64,000 nucleotides of DNA from Saprospiraceae bacterium. Lineage in GTDB: Bacteria > Bacteroidota > Bacteroidia > Chitinophagales > Saprospiraceae. The position numbers and the translations under genes were made by a program. Of this stretch, positions 32,980 to 42,893 are shown piece after piece (the stretch's first letter is position 1; every line of letters begins with the position of its first letter). The DNA lies in contig JBILHQ010000001.1 of NCBI GenBank assembly GCA_044350415.1, positions 22,257 through 86,256 of the forward strand, written 5' to 3'. The notes under the pieces were generated by a model, which was given only the letters and a program-made list of their open reading frames with translations, was not told where the DNA came from and did no database searches.

Positions 32980-34496
32980 TAATACCCCACATTCTGAACC
33001 ATACCACTCAAATCGATCTCCTTTTGCGGCACTGGCAGCAGTTCATGTTTATTTGCTACGAAATTTTTTCCTGCCGCAATCATGACCGCCGATTGCCGGC
33101 CCCAACGCTGCAAATCGAACCAGCGATGCTGTTCCATGGCCAGTTCTGACCGGCGTTCGCGGTATATTTTTTCGCGCAATTGCGGCTGATCGGTGATCGT
33201 AATATCAGCGAGAATGCCTGGCGGGAAGGCTGGCGCGGTAGCGCGGGCACGCTGGCGTACCTGATTTAAAAACACCAATGCCTGAGATGATTTCCCGTTC
33301 TCATTGAGGGCTTCTGCCGCTAAAAGTAAAATATCAGCATACCGGAGGATACGGATATTCCCGGGGCCATTGTCCTGAAGTCCGGTGTGCGCAGGCACCC
33401 AGGCTTTCCGGTTAAAACGCTCGCCTATGATTTCGGGATTGTCCTGGATCTGCGCGGAACCGTCGGGCAGGTCGTTGCCGGGCTCCAGATAAGTGGCTGA
33501 CTTTCGGGGATCAAACAATTCAAAAGAGGATACCAGATTGTCAGAAGGCCGGTTGAAGCCCCACCCGAGGTTGGGAATGCCGCGAACCCCTTGCACCATA
33601 TTGAAAGGCGTGGCACCCGGACCAGTAATGCCGTCAACCGGATCAAGAGCCGCCGCTTGTATTTCAAAAACAGACTCCGCACCATTTTCGCCTGTCGGTA
33701 AAAAGATATCGCGGTAAACAGGCAAAAGGCTGTATTCGTTGGAATTAATAATATCGAGACAAAGGGTTTCCGCTTTGAGAAAATCGTGTTTGACCAGGTA
33801 CAATTTTGCCAAAATACCCTGTGCGGCACCTTTCGTCAAACGGCCAAGATCGGCCGATGGATATTTAGATTTTAAAGGCAAAACCGCAATAGCGTCAGTC
33901 AGGTCGCGTTCGATCTGTGCATATACTTCTGCTACCGGTTTACGGGTTTGGGTATAGTATTGGTCGGCGCTCAAAGGCTCCGTGATAATCGGAATTTCAC
34001 CGAACCATTGCACCAGCAAAAAATAGGCATAAGCCCGGAGCGCTTTATTCTCCCCCAGCAAACGCTTGCGCAGAGTTTCATCCATCGCCGGCACATCGGG
34101 AATACGCTGAATAGCCAGATTGGCCCGGGCAATCACCCTGTAAAATCCACTCCAAACACCGCTGATACTGGAATTAGCTGGATCGAACGTGAAATTGTCC
34201 ATATCCAGCATATACAGGGCGTCAGTCGGCGTAGAGCCTTTATCGGCATCGTCGCTGAGGATATCCGTCGTGCCTAAATAAGGCAGTGCGGTACATTCCC
34301 AACTGCGCAACTGGTTGTACACGGCATTAGTGGCTTGTGTGGCCTGGTTGCCGTCTAAGAAAAAATTGGCGACGTCCGCATCACCCTGGGGTTTGCGTTC
34401 GAGAAAATCTTTGTTGCAGGCGGTGAAATGCAGTGCAACCAGCAGCAGCGCGAATACTGCTTTTTTATGGTTCTTATTGATATATTTCATTGTCAT
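32979..34496 (-). CDS. susD: RagB/SusD family nutrient-uptake outer membrane lipoprotein
   Basis: Lipoprotein signal (LVALHFTACNKD), TPR-like SusD architecture, and a position immediately downstream of SusC. Confidence 0.9.
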   Translation of the reverse strand: MTMKYINKNHKKAVFALLLVALHFTACNKDFLERKPQGDADVANFFLDGNQATQATNAVYNQLRSWECTALPYLGTTDILSDDADKGSTPTDALYMLDMDNFTFDPANSSISGVWSGFYRVIARANLAIQRIPDVPAMDETLRKRLLGENKALRAYAYFLLVQWFGEIPIITEPLSADQYYTQTRKPVAEVYAQIERDLTDAIAVLPLKSKYPSADLGRLTKGAAQGILAKLYLVKHDFLKAETLCLDIINSNEYSLLPVYRDIFLPTGENGAESVFEIQAAALDPVDGITGPGATPFNMVQGVRGIPNLGWGFNRPSDNLVSSFELFDPRKSATYLEPGNDLPDGSAQIQDNPEIIGERFNRKAWVPAHTGLQDNGPGNIRILRYADILLLAAEALNENGKSSQALVFLNQVRQRARATAPAFPPGILADITITDQPQLREKIYRERRSELAMEQHRWFDLQRWGRQSAVMIAAGKNFVANKHELLPVPQKEIDLSGMVQNVGY

Positions 34497-34501
34497 TTAA
34501 T

Positions 34502-37500
34502 TTAAAATGTCATATCCACCCCTACCTGCCACGACTTGGCAATCGGGAAAGACACATTGTCGAAACCGACCTGAAATGCATTTTCGTTATTAGAGAACTC
34601 TGGCGAATATCCGGAATATTTTTGGCTTGTCCAAAGGTTCATTCCACTGACATAGACCCTGAATTTGTTAATTTTAGCGTGTTGTAACCAGCTTGATGGG
34701 AGCGAATAACCGATCAGAACACTTCTGAGGCGCACAAAACGACCGTCTTCCAGGAAATAATCACTCACCCGGTAGTTGCTCCCGCCATTAGTAATACGAG
34801 GAGTAGTGGCATTTGGGTTTTCGGGAGTCCAGCGACCGGCATATTCCGATGCTTCCCAGTTGTATACCGAGAAACGGAAGGTCTTTTTGGCATTGAAAAC
34901 CTGATTACCCCTAACCCCTAACAAATCTGCGGCGATATCAAAACCTTTCCATTCTGCTCCTGCATTAAAGGAATACGTGAGGGTTGGAATAGGGCTGCCG
35001 AGATAAGTGCGGTCGTCGTTGGTGAGGGCACCGTCGGGCTGTCCGGTGAGGTTACCGCTGGCATCGCGGCCATTGATATCGGCAAAACGCAGGTCGCCTA
35101 ATCCTTCATTGCCAAACCTGGGAAAAGCAGTCAGGTCGGCTTCCGTCTGGAAAATACCAGCCACCTGATAACCGTAAAATGCACCGATCGGGAGTCCTAC
35201 TGCCGAACGGGTAGCCGGTTCACCCTGTACAAAAGAAGAGAAAATCTCTGGCCGTTGTTCGTTCAGTTTGACGATTTCATTCTGCACCGGCGAGAAAATA
35301 GCCCCCACATTCCAGGAAAACGGCGCACTGTGCCGCCAGTTGAGGGTAATATCCCAGCCGATATTGCGCACTTGCGCAGTATTGACCAACGGATTTGAAC
35401 CGGAACCTACATAATCAGGAATTGGCACCGCTGCGATGATATCGTAGGTAAAACGGTTGTACCAATCCACTTCACCGGTCAGCTGGCCTTTGAAAAAGCC
35501 AAATTCCAATCCGATATCTGTTTGTTGAGCAGTTTCCCATCTCAGGTCGGGATTGGCATAGTTCACGAGTGTTGCACCCTGATTCAGGGCTTCATCCGGA
35601 CCAAAAATAGCATACAAGCCCGATTGAACAGTACCCAATGTCGGATAACGCACGCTGGCCAGGCTATTTTGGTTACCCAAAATACCAAAACTGGCGCGCA
35701 ATTTCAGGCGGTCAAAGATCCGCAGGTTTTGCACAAATGGCTCCTGCCCGATATTCCAACCCACACTTCCGGAAGGGAATATCTTCCGGCGAAGGTCCTT
35801 CCGGAAACGCGATGATTGGTCGATACGGGTCGAAAAGGTAAAGAGATACCGGTCGAGGTAAGAATAGTTGACCCGGAACAATTGCGAAATAAGCGCTTCA
35901 TCGTAAGAGCGGCCACCGCCCGTTTGGGTGGGATCATCGCCCGATTCAATGAGAAAAAGCAGGTCGTCGCCCGTGCCGGGAAAATCGGTGCGCACTGCAT
36001 TGATTTTATCAAAGCGGTATTCTTCGGCAGTGTAACCAGCCAGCACATTCAGGTGGTGTTTTTCCCATTCCTTATCGAAAGTGAGCGTTTGTTCCCAAAT
36101 CCAGCGGCGGTCCTGGGTATTTTCTACATAAAGCCGATCGTCATTGAGGAGCTGTGAATTGGACACCCGGAAAACAGGGGTATAATCTTTTTTCTTGATG
36201 CCGTTAAGATCGAAGCCATAATTGGAGCGAAACGTCAAGTATTTCCCAAATTTAATATTCCCATATACTGAACCGAAAAAGCGGTCGCCGGTTTCGTGGT
36301 TATTGCTTTTGTAAAACAAATCGGCTACCGGATTGGCAATCGCTAACCCGTAAGGCGAAGTGGGGTCTGTGAATTTGCCCAAAGAATCGGTGGGTGTCAG
36401 CACCGGCGAAATGCGGTAAGCCGAGCCGATGACGCCTGTGGGTGCCAGTTGCTTTTTCGAATTGGAATAAGCGAGATTAGTACCGAGGGTAAACCAGCTG
36501 TTCAATTTATTTTCGGTATTCAAACGCGCTGTAATCCGTTCAAATTCCGCATTTTTTAATACCCCGGACTGGTTAAAATAATTGACGGACGCATTATAGG
36601 AAAAGCGCTCGCCGCCACCGTTGGCCGCCAATTGGAAATTGGCGATGGGGGCATTCCGGAATATTTCGCCCTGCCAGTCGGTTCCTTCTCCCAGCGATGC
36701 GGGGTTGGGGAAATAATTAGAATTGGTAAACTCATTGTATACCTGCCCAAACTCCGCCGCATTCATCAGGTCAATTTTTTTGGTGATTTGTTGTGTGCCG
36801 TAATAGGAATTAAAAGAGATCAGGGCGTCTTTGCGCTGCTTGCCGTTTTTGGTGGTGATGATGATCACGCCGTTGGAGCCACGCGCACCGTAAATAGCCG
36901 CCGAAGAAGCATCTTTTAATACTTCAATGGATGCCACATCCTGCGGATTAATAAAACTCGCATCGTAAGAGATCATGCCATCGATGACGTACAGCGGGTT
37001 GGCATTGTTGAGCGTTCCTGTCCCCCGGATACGAATGGTGGCACCAGCGCCGGGTTCGCCTGAAGTTGGCGTCACGTACACCCCTGCAATTTTGCCCTGC
37101 AAAGCCTGGTCAATGGACGGCGAAGCAATCCGTTCAATGTCTTTTGACTTAACGGTGCCTACCGCGCCGGTCAGGTCGCTTTTTTTCTGGGTACCATAGC
37201 CTACCACCACGACTTGCTCGAGGGTAAACGGGTCTTCACCCAAGGTCACATTAAGGATGGTACGACCTTCAACCGGCACTTCTTTGAGCGCATAACCGGT
37301 ATAGGTAAATTGTAAAGTGGCATCAGTGCCGGCAGCAATGGTAAAATTGCCGTCGACGTCGGTGCTGGTTCCGGCTGTTCCGCCTTTTTCCCGCACGGTT
37401 ACGCCAATAAGACCGCTGCCATCAGCGGCATCGGTGACGCGCCCGGTTACGCGTATTTGGGCAGACAGCATCTGTGCGCCCGCGAGCAAAAGCACCAGCG

Positions 37501-37549
37501 GTAGCAATTGCCTGCCATAGAAATGGATCAATGTAAATGACTTCTTCAT
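34502..37549 (-). CDS. susC: SusC/RagA family TonB-linked outer membrane protein
   Basis: Carboxypeptidase-regulatory-like N-domain (IRVTGRVTDAADGSGLIGVTVREKG). Plug region VVVGYGTQKKSDLTGAV, and a C-terminal barrel ending in F. Confidence 0.95.
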   Translation of the reverse strand: MKKSFTLIHFYGRQLLPLVLLLAGAQMLSAQIRVTGRVTDAADGSGLIGVTVREKGGTAGTSTDVDGNFTIAAGTDATLQFTYTGYALKEVPVEGRTILNVTLGEDPFTLEQVVVVGYGTQKKSDLTGAVGTVKSKDIERIASPSIDQALQGKIAGVYVTPTSGEPGAGATIRIRGTGTLNNANPLYVIDGMISYDASFINPQDVASIEVLKDASSAAIYGARGSNGVIIITTKNGKQRKDALISFNSYYGTQQITKKIDLMNAAEFGQVYNEFTNSNYFPNPASLGEGTDWQGEIFRNAPIANFQLAANGGGERFSYNASVNYFNQSGVLKNAEFERITARLNTENKLNSWFTLGTNLAYSNSKKQLAPTGVIGSAYRISPVLTPTDSLGKFTDPTSPYGLAIANPVADLFYKSNNHETGDRFFGSVYGNIKFGKYLTFRSNYGFDLNGIKKKDYTPVFRVSNSQLLNDDRLYVENTQDRRWIWEQTLTFDKEWEKHHLNVLAGYTAEEYRFDKINAVRTDFPGTGDDLLFLIESGDDPTQTGGGRSYDEALISQLFRVNYSYLDRYLFTFSTRIDQSSRFRKDLRRKIFPSGSVGWNIGQEPFVQNLRIFDRLKLRASFGILGNQNSLASVRYPTLGTVQSGLYAIFGPDEALNQGATLVNYANPDLRWETAQQTDIGLEFGFFKGQLTGEVDWYNRFTYDIIAAVPIPDYVGSGSNPLVNTAQVRNIGWDITLNWRHSAPFSWNVGAIFSPVQNEIVKLNEQRPEIFSSFVQGEPATRSAVGLPIGAFYGYQVAGIFQTEADLTAFPRFGNEGLGDLRFADINGRDASGNLTGQPDGALTNDDRTYLGSPIPTLTYSFNAGAEWKGFDIAADLLGVRGNQVFNAKKTFRFSVYNWEASEYAGRWTPENPNATTPRITNGGSNYRVSDYFLEDGRFVRLRSVLIGYSLPSSWLQHAKINKFRVYVSGMNLWTSQKYSGYSPEFSNNENAFQVGFDNVSFPIAKSWQVGVDMTF

Positions 37550-37560
37550 ACTTTAGAGCG

Positions 37561-37680
37561 TTACTGGGTTAAGAGGTTACGGGTTATTGGTTTAGGGGTT
37601 AGGGGGGTACTGGGTTTCGGGTAGATGTAGTAAAATACAATCGAGAAATATTGCAGCCACCAGAAATCCAATAACCCTTT
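37561..37680. repeat. word-rich intergenic element with partial inverted repeat (copy H)
   Basis: Tandem G/T-rich words (TTACTGGGTT, GGTTACGGGTT, GGTTTAGGGGTTAGGGG, GTACTGGGTTTCGGGTAGATGTAG). GGGTTATTGG (37581-90) pairs with CCAATAACCC (37668-77). Confidence 0.7.
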
Positions 37681-37682
37681 AC

Positions 37683-39893
37683 CTAATTCATAGTTACTTT
37701 TATTTTTTGTAATTCTTCTGAGTTGCCACCCACCATGATTTCAAAATCGCCGCGTTCGGAGCCTTTGGTCATGTTTTTGCGGAAAAAGCTGAATGATTCA
37801 TTGTTCAGAATAAATTTGACATCGCGGGTTTCACCTGGTTTCAGCATGATTTTTTCAAAACCGCGCAGTTCTTTCACCGGGCGGGTTACGGATCCTACCA
37901 GGTCGCGGATATAAAGTTGTACCACTTCTTCGCCTGCTATTTTGCCGGAATTGGTAACGGTTACAGTAATGGTGATTTTTTCTCCCGGTTTAAAGATGGG
38001 AATATTGCATTTGGGCGCGCTATACGTAAATGTGGTATAGCTCAAACCGAAACCAAATGGGTAAAGCGGCGTATTGACAATATCAATGTACCGGCTGTTC
38101 CATTTCGAATTCGGATCATAAGGACGTCCGGTGTTTTTATAATTGTAAAAAACAGGCACTTGCCCTACTGATCGCGGAAAAGTCATGGTCAGTTTTCCGG
38201 AAGGGTTGTAATCGCCCCACAAAACGTCGGCGATGGCATGGCCGGTCTCAGTACCGAGCCACCAGGTTTCGAGGATTGCCGATGCTTTTTCTGCCAGGTT
38301 GGGAATAGCCAACGGACGGCCATTCATCAAAATGACGATCACCGGTTTGCCGGTTTTGGCCAATTCGAGTACCAATTCTTCCTGCACGCCGGGGAGCATA
38401 ATATCGGAGCGGGATGCCGCTTCGCCACTCATCATGGCTTTCTCGCCGACCGCAATAATTACTACATCTGCCTGTTGGGCGGCGTTGAGGGCTGCTTCAA
38501 AACCGCTGCGATCGTCGCCTTCGATTTCACAACCCTTGACGTAAGTGACGTTGCCATCACGGAGTCCTTCGCGCAGGCTGACACAATCGTTAAAATTGCC
38601 CGCGCCATTCCAGTTGCCGATCAATTCCGTTTTGTTATCGGCTAACGCACCAATAAGCGCGATTTTTTGTCCTTTTTTCAAAGGCAAAATACCTTTCTCA
38701 TTTTTCAACAAAACAATAGATTTACGGGAAATATCGCGGGCTGCAGTGCGGTGTTCGGGGGTGAGCATGGTATTTTTTTCCCGTTCCGCATCGCAGAATT
38801 TGTAGGGATCGTCAAATAATCCCAAATCGTATTTTACTTGTAAAACCCGCAATACGGATTCATCGATCAGTTTGAGGGTCACTTTACCCTCTTTGAGCGA
38901 CTGTGCCAGAAAACGTTGGTAAATGCTGCCCTGCATATCCATATCAACGCCCGCATTCAGCGACAATTCTCCGGCGGCTTTATCATCAGCTACTACGCCG
39001 TGGTTGACCATTTCATTCATAGAAGTATAGTCGGTCACGACAAAACCTTTGAAGCCCCATTCTTTGCGCAGAATATTGGTAACGAGGTATTTATTGCCCG
39101 TAGCTGGTACACCGTCGTAGTCGTTAAAAGAGGTCATTACACTGGCTGCACCTGCTTTTACAGCTGCTTCATAAGGCGGCAGGTAGTACTCGCGAAAAAA
39201 CCGTTCGCTCATGTCCACAGTATTGTAGTCGCGACCGGCAGTAGCAGCGCCATAAGCGGCAAAGTGTTTTACACAGGCGACCATGGCATCGGTCTGGCCT
39301 AATTTTTTGCCCTGAATGCCATGTACCCGAGCTTCGGCGATACGGCAACCGAGCCAGGTATCTTCTCCTGCGCCTTCCATCACCCGGCCCCAACGCGGGT
39401 CGCGGCCAATATCCACCATGGGCGCATAAGTCCAGTGCAGACCGGCGGCAGCAGCTTCCTTGGCAGCGATATGCGCCGATTGTTCCAGGGCGGGAAGGTC
39501 CCAACTGCAAGACTCTGCCAGCGGAATCGGGAAAATAGTTTTATAGCCGTGAATCACGTCAAATCCGAACAAGAGTGGAATTTTCAGGCGGGTTTCTTCC
39601 ATCGACACCTTTTGGAGTTCGCGGGTAAAAGCCGTTCCGTGGCTGTTGAACAGGTTACCACAAGCGCCGCTACGAATATCATTTTTATACCCTTCGCGGA
39701 TAGTGGGTCCCGTGCTACCCCAGTCGGTGGTGTACAGGGTGAGTTGGCCTATTTTTTCCGCCAGCGTCATTTTGGCCAGCAATGCCTTGGCCTTTTGGGC
39801 TGTTGCCGCCGACGGTTGGTACAATTGTGCAGAGACCGGTCCCACCGATACGATACACAGCAAAAGGAGTATACTTAAGTTTTTCATCGTCAT
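37683..39893 (-). CDS. bglX: glycoside hydrolase family 3 beta-glucosidase (BglX-like)
   Basis: Signal peptide and GH3 N-domain with nucleophile context GFKGFVVTDY. A C-terminal sandwich and an Fn3-like domain (VVQLYIRD...RPVKELRGFEKI) are present. Confidence 0.9.
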   Translation of the reverse strand: MTMKNLSILLLLCIVSVGPVSAQLYQPSAATAQKAKALLAKMTLAEKIGQLTLYTTDWGSTGPTIREGYKNDIRSGACGNLFNSHGTAFTRELQKVSMEETRLKIPLLFGFDVIHGYKTIFPIPLAESCSWDLPALEQSAHIAAKEAAAAGLHWTYAPMVDIGRDPRWGRVMEGAGEDTWLGCRIAEARVHGIQGKKLGQTDAMVACVKHFAAYGAATAGRDYNTVDMSERFFREYYLPPYEAAVKAGAASVMTSFNDYDGVPATGNKYLVTNILRKEWGFKGFVVTDYTSMNEMVNHGVVADDKAAGELSLNAGVDMDMQGSIYQRFLAQSLKEGKVTLKLIDESVLRVLQVKYDLGLFDDPYKFCDAEREKNTMLTPEHRTAARDISRKSIVLLKNEKGILPLKKGQKIALIGALADNKTELIGNWNGAGNFNDCVSLREGLRDGNVTYVKGCEIEGDDRSGFEAALNAAQQADVVIIAVGEKAMMSGEAASRSDIMLPGVQEELVLELAKTGKPVIVILMNGRPLAIPNLAEKASAILETWWLGTETGHAIADVLWGDYNPSGKLTMTFPRSVGQVPVFYNYKNTGRPYDPNSKWNSRYIDIVNTPLYPFGFGLSYTTFTYSAPKCNIPIFKPGEKITITVTVTNSGKIAGEEVVQLYIRDLVGSVTRPVKELRGFEKIMLKPGETRDVKFILNNESFSFFRKNMTKGSERGDFEIMVGGNSEELQKIKVTMN

Positions 39894-39908
39894 TTTGTTA
39901 AAAAAACC

Positions 39909-39916
39909 TATTTTTG
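39909..39916 (+). promoter_or_regulatory. Bacteroidota -7 promoter box TATTTTTG
   Basis: Exact TAnnTTTG, 22 nt upstream of ATG 39938. Confidence 0.4.
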
Positions 39917-39937
39917 TAAATTAAAAATGAATTAACC

Positions 39938-40611
39938 ATGAGCGAAGTCACCGTAACAACACCCCTGAACGTCGAAGACTATATCGCTTTCGAAGAAAGC
40001 CCGACATCCGCCATGACTATATTAAAGGTGAATTTATTCCTGTACCAGGTACAACAGACGATCACAACGAAATATACTTCAATATAAAATCAATGTTGAA
40101 GCAGTTAATTCACGGCTTACGTATTTATACCGAAAGTGTAAAAGTGCAAATTACATCTGCGCAAGATTACACTTATCCGGATGTTTTAGTCGCACCTGAT
40201 CCACGCGATCTGGAGAGCACATACATTAAAAAATACCCGTCTGTCATATTCGAAGTCATATCCAAAACAACGCATATCGACGATGCTGCCGATAAATTTA
40301 TCCGGTACAAAAACATCGATTCGCTTCAAAACTACATTCTCGTAGACTCCGAAAACATCTTCATCGAAGTCCGGGCAAAACAAGACAATGGCGAATGGCT
40401 CTCAGAAATCTATCTTTCCGCTAACGCCCGATTCCCGATCCCAGCCCTCGGTGTGGAATTAGAGATTTCGGGGGTTTATGAAGGGATTTTTTTAGTCCCA
40501 AGTCAGTTAGTCCCAAGTCCCAAGTCTGTAGATTACACCCCAAGCGGGGCGGCAAGTACTTATGTACGACACACTCACGGAACACTCTACAGACCTGGGA
40601 CTTGGAACTAA
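39938..40611 (+). pseudogene. Uma2 (DUF820) family endonuclease gene, frameshifted
   Basis: ATG 39938 reads MSEVTVTTPLNVEDYIAFEES and then stops at about 40087. The family continuation DIRHDYIKGEFIPVPGTTDDHNEIYFNIKSMLKQLI...YPDVLV...FEVIS is in the -1 frame from about 40000 (track ORF 40093..40611). The last ~40 codons are a translation of repeat copy C. Confidence 0.7.
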
Positions 40612-40626
40612 CTGACCTAAGGCTAA
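40493..40626. repeat. family-1 palindromic intergenic element, copy C (dimer)
   Basis: The left arm is TAGTCCCAAGTCAGTTAGTCCCAAGTCCCAAGTCTGTAGATTACACCCCAAGCG. The right arm is CACTCTACAGACCTGGGACTTGGAACTAACTGACCTAAGGCTAA. It abuts the TAG stop of the minus-strand gene at 40628. Confidence 0.85.
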
Positions 40627-40627
40627 A

Positions 40628-42784
40628 CTACTTCCGCTGCGCAAACAACCACTCCAACACTGCCGGATTATACAAAGTCACATCCCACACATTGTGATAT
40701 AGTGTGGAATATTCCGTGTATTTGATATTTCCGTCCACTTCCTTCAAAGCATCCACCATCGAACGCGAACAACGCGGGAGCACCACATCGTCCAGCCCCC
40801 CGTGAAATGCCCAAATAGGGATATTGTTGATTTTATCAGCATATCTTGGGTCGCCACCGCCACAAATAGGTACTGCTGCTGCAAAAAGTTCAGGGCGGCG
40901 TATCAGCAAATCAAACGTTCCGAAACCACCCATACTCAGCCCCACAATATAAACCCGTTTGATATCAATATCCGGGTGTGCTTTTATGGTGTTGTCGATG
41001 AGCTCGAGCACCATGCGGCCAGGCACCTGAGGGGTTTCATTAAACAGATTGGGCCAGTCTTTACTTGCGGCAGCCCAGCGCTGATCGGGCGGACATTGCG
41101 GAGCGAGGAGGTAGCACGGATGATTTTCGCGGATATTTTTTTCACAAAAAACATGCACGCCGTTTTTCATCTGTTCCTGGTTGAGTTTTCCGCGTTCGCC
41201 GGAGCCGTGCAAAAAAATCACGAGCGGGTATTTTTCTCCTTTTTTGGCGGCCCAGGGTTCCATCATCTGATAAGGTAACTGATGGCCATCCTTATCGGCG
41301 TACATGGCCCGCCGGGTGAAGCTGTGCTGGTCGAGTGGGATTTCCGGATTGAATTTTTTGGGTGCAGGTTGGGTATAAGCTGGATCGATCGTTTGCCCAA
41401 TCCACCCACCGGTGAACCCGGCGCGTTTTAAGCCCCTGATGAAATAGGGATTTTTTTTCATCAAATTCCAGATCAGGCCGGAACGGTAATTTTCAATCAT
41501 CAGCACAATGGGCCCCTGGTCGATACCGAGATAATCTTTATCCACAAAATACGGAAAGCCCGGCTGCGCTTTGGGCGACTTGGCAATATCTGTAAAGGTT
41601 TCGTTGTAGCCGTCGAAAAAACCGTATTTCCCCACCGGCCACCGATTCCACATCGCTTCGAGGGTGGGCAAACAGATTTCCGGGGCAAATGGCGTGGAAC
41701 TAATCGCCGCTGTGGGCGCAATAGTGCCGTCGTCTTCGAGGTAATCTACTGCCAAACCGCGCGCGCCATAGCCTGAACAAAAAATCTTCTGGCCATTGTG
41801 CACCATATCGGCAGCGGGGCCATCGCCAGCGGTAAGCCCCCATATTTTATTACTGTATCCCTTAAATTGGGATGGATTTTCAATAAAATACTGGTGCTGG
41901 GCAAGGGTAGCGCGGCGACTGTTTTCAAAATAGTCAATCCCCATTTGGCGCATATAGTCGTCCTGAATGTCTTTAAAGTCGATCCAGCAATGGCTGTACT
42001 GGTGTCCGAAAAGCGGACCGAAATTGACCATGTCCTGCCCTTTGAAATTGGCGCGGTAATAAGGCTTGCACCACGATGTCCAAATCTCATCAGGAACTGG
42101 GTGTGTAGGCGAACCAAGCGCCATAATATTGAGCAGCATGGCTTCATTGTATCCCCGCCAGTCGGCGCAAAGAAAGCCGTCGCGCTCAGGGAACCAGCCC
42201 ATACTGAGGCGGTTGTGTTCGTTGAGGTACCAGTCCCATTCCACCCGGCGGTACAAAAAATCTGCATCTTCGCGGATGGCTTTTTCGCCGGGTTCATCTT
42301 GGTCAAAATAAGTCATGCATGACAGTATACCTGCCATCAGCAGGCCGGTATCGATGCTTGACAATTCTACTTTGTCATAACGGAGTGCTTTTTTAGCATC
42401 CAAAAAGTGATAAAACCAGCCTTTGTAGCCAGCCACACCTGTTTCTTGTTTTCCCTGAGGTAAATTTTTTAAAACTTCAAGGGTTTTACGCACCCGTTCG
42501 CGCGCTTGTGCACGAGTGATCCACCCGCGTTCCACTCCGATAATATAAGCAGATAAGCCGAATCCGGTTGCCGCGATACTGGAAAAACTCTCCGTAGGGT
42601 AACGGTCGGGAATTTGGAAGTTGCCGGGATACGCCAGGTCCCAGAAGTACATAAAATGGCGATGTTCTAATTCATCAAGGCTGTAAGGAGTATGGCTGGC
42701 TCCTGAGGATACGACCGTTTGCCGGGCACCAAAACAGCCCGAAAATAACAACGCAACAGTCAGAATGTATATGCGGATTAGCAT
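40628..42784 (-). CDS. GH144-like (putative glucoamylase/endo-beta-1,2-glucanase family) domain fused to a C-terminal alpha/beta-hydrolase esterase domain; lipoprotein
   Basis: Lipobox LLFSGC. The N-terminal ~470 aa contain YFWDLAYPGNFQIPDRYP...SSIAATGFGLSAYIIGVERGWITRAQARERV, paralogous to 46174..48057. The C-terminal ~230 aa contain YPLVIFLHGSGERG, nucleophile elbow GLSMGG, and FHGGLDDVV / YHNVWD. Confidence 0.7.
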   Translation of the reverse strand: MLIRIYILTVALLFSGCFGARQTVVSSGASHTPYSLDELEHRHFMYFWDLAYPGNFQIPDRYPTESFSSIAATGFGLSAYIIGVERGWITRAQARERVRKTLEVLKNLPQGKQETGVAGYKGWFYHFLDAKKALRYDKVELSSIDTGLLMAGILSCMTYFDQDEPGEKAIREDADFLYRRVEWDWYLNEHNRLSMGWFPERDGFLCADWRGYNEAMLLNIMALGSPTHPVPDEIWTSWCKPYYRANFKGQDMVNFGPLFGHQYSHCWIDFKDIQDDYMRQMGIDYFENSRRATLAQHQYFIENPSQFKGYSNKIWGLTAGDGPAADMVHNGQKIFCSGYGARGLAVDYLEDDGTIAPTAAISSTPFAPEICLPTLEAMWNRWPVGKYGFFDGYNETFTDIAKSPKAQPGFPYFVDKDYLGIDQGPIVLMIENYRSGLIWNLMKKNPYFIRGLKRAGFTGGWIGQTIDPAYTQPAPKKFNPEIPLDQHSFTRRAMYADKDGHQLPYQMMEPWAAKKGEKYPLVIFLHGSGERGKLNQEQMKNGVHVFCEKNIRENHPCYLLAPQCPPDQRWAAASKDWPNLFNETPQVPGRMVLELIDNTIKAHPDIDIKRVYIVGLSMGGFGTFDLLIRRPELFAAAVPICGGGDPRYADKINNIPIWAFHGGLDDVVLPRCSRSMVDALKEVDGNIKYTEYSTLYHNVWDVTLYNPAVLEWLFAQRK

Positions 42785-42806
42785 AAGTGGGAGGCTTTGA
42801 GAAAAC

Positions 42807-42885
42807 GGGGAGAAGGAAAGATGAGGGGCGAGGCAGTATATTTTATACTACCTCGTCCTTCGCCCCTCCCTCCTCACCGCTCTCC
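42807..42885. repeat. imperfect G/A-word palindrome in the intercistronic gap
   Basis: GGGGAGAAGGAAAGATGAGGGGCGAGGCAGTATA pairs with TATACTACCTCGTCCTTCGCCCCTCCCTCCTCACCGCTCTCC around a TTT centre. Confidence 0.75.
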
Positions 42886-42893
42886 TGTTTTAA

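Noticed and set aside
32835-33149. A 104-aa plus-strand ORF over the tandem repeat and the SusD 3' end.
   Set aside because: Its sequence is a translation of the tandem repeat units (the block SNLYSIDITPTHITPGKILLNPCPIPQI recurs imperfectly) and then antisense SusD. It is not a plausible gene.
40493-40611. The C-terminal 40 residues of track ORF 40093..40611 taken as genuine protein sequence.
   Set aside because: They are a read-through of repeat copy C (the LVPSQLVPSPKS segment reflects the tandem words). The Uma2 domain ends at about GVYEGIF.
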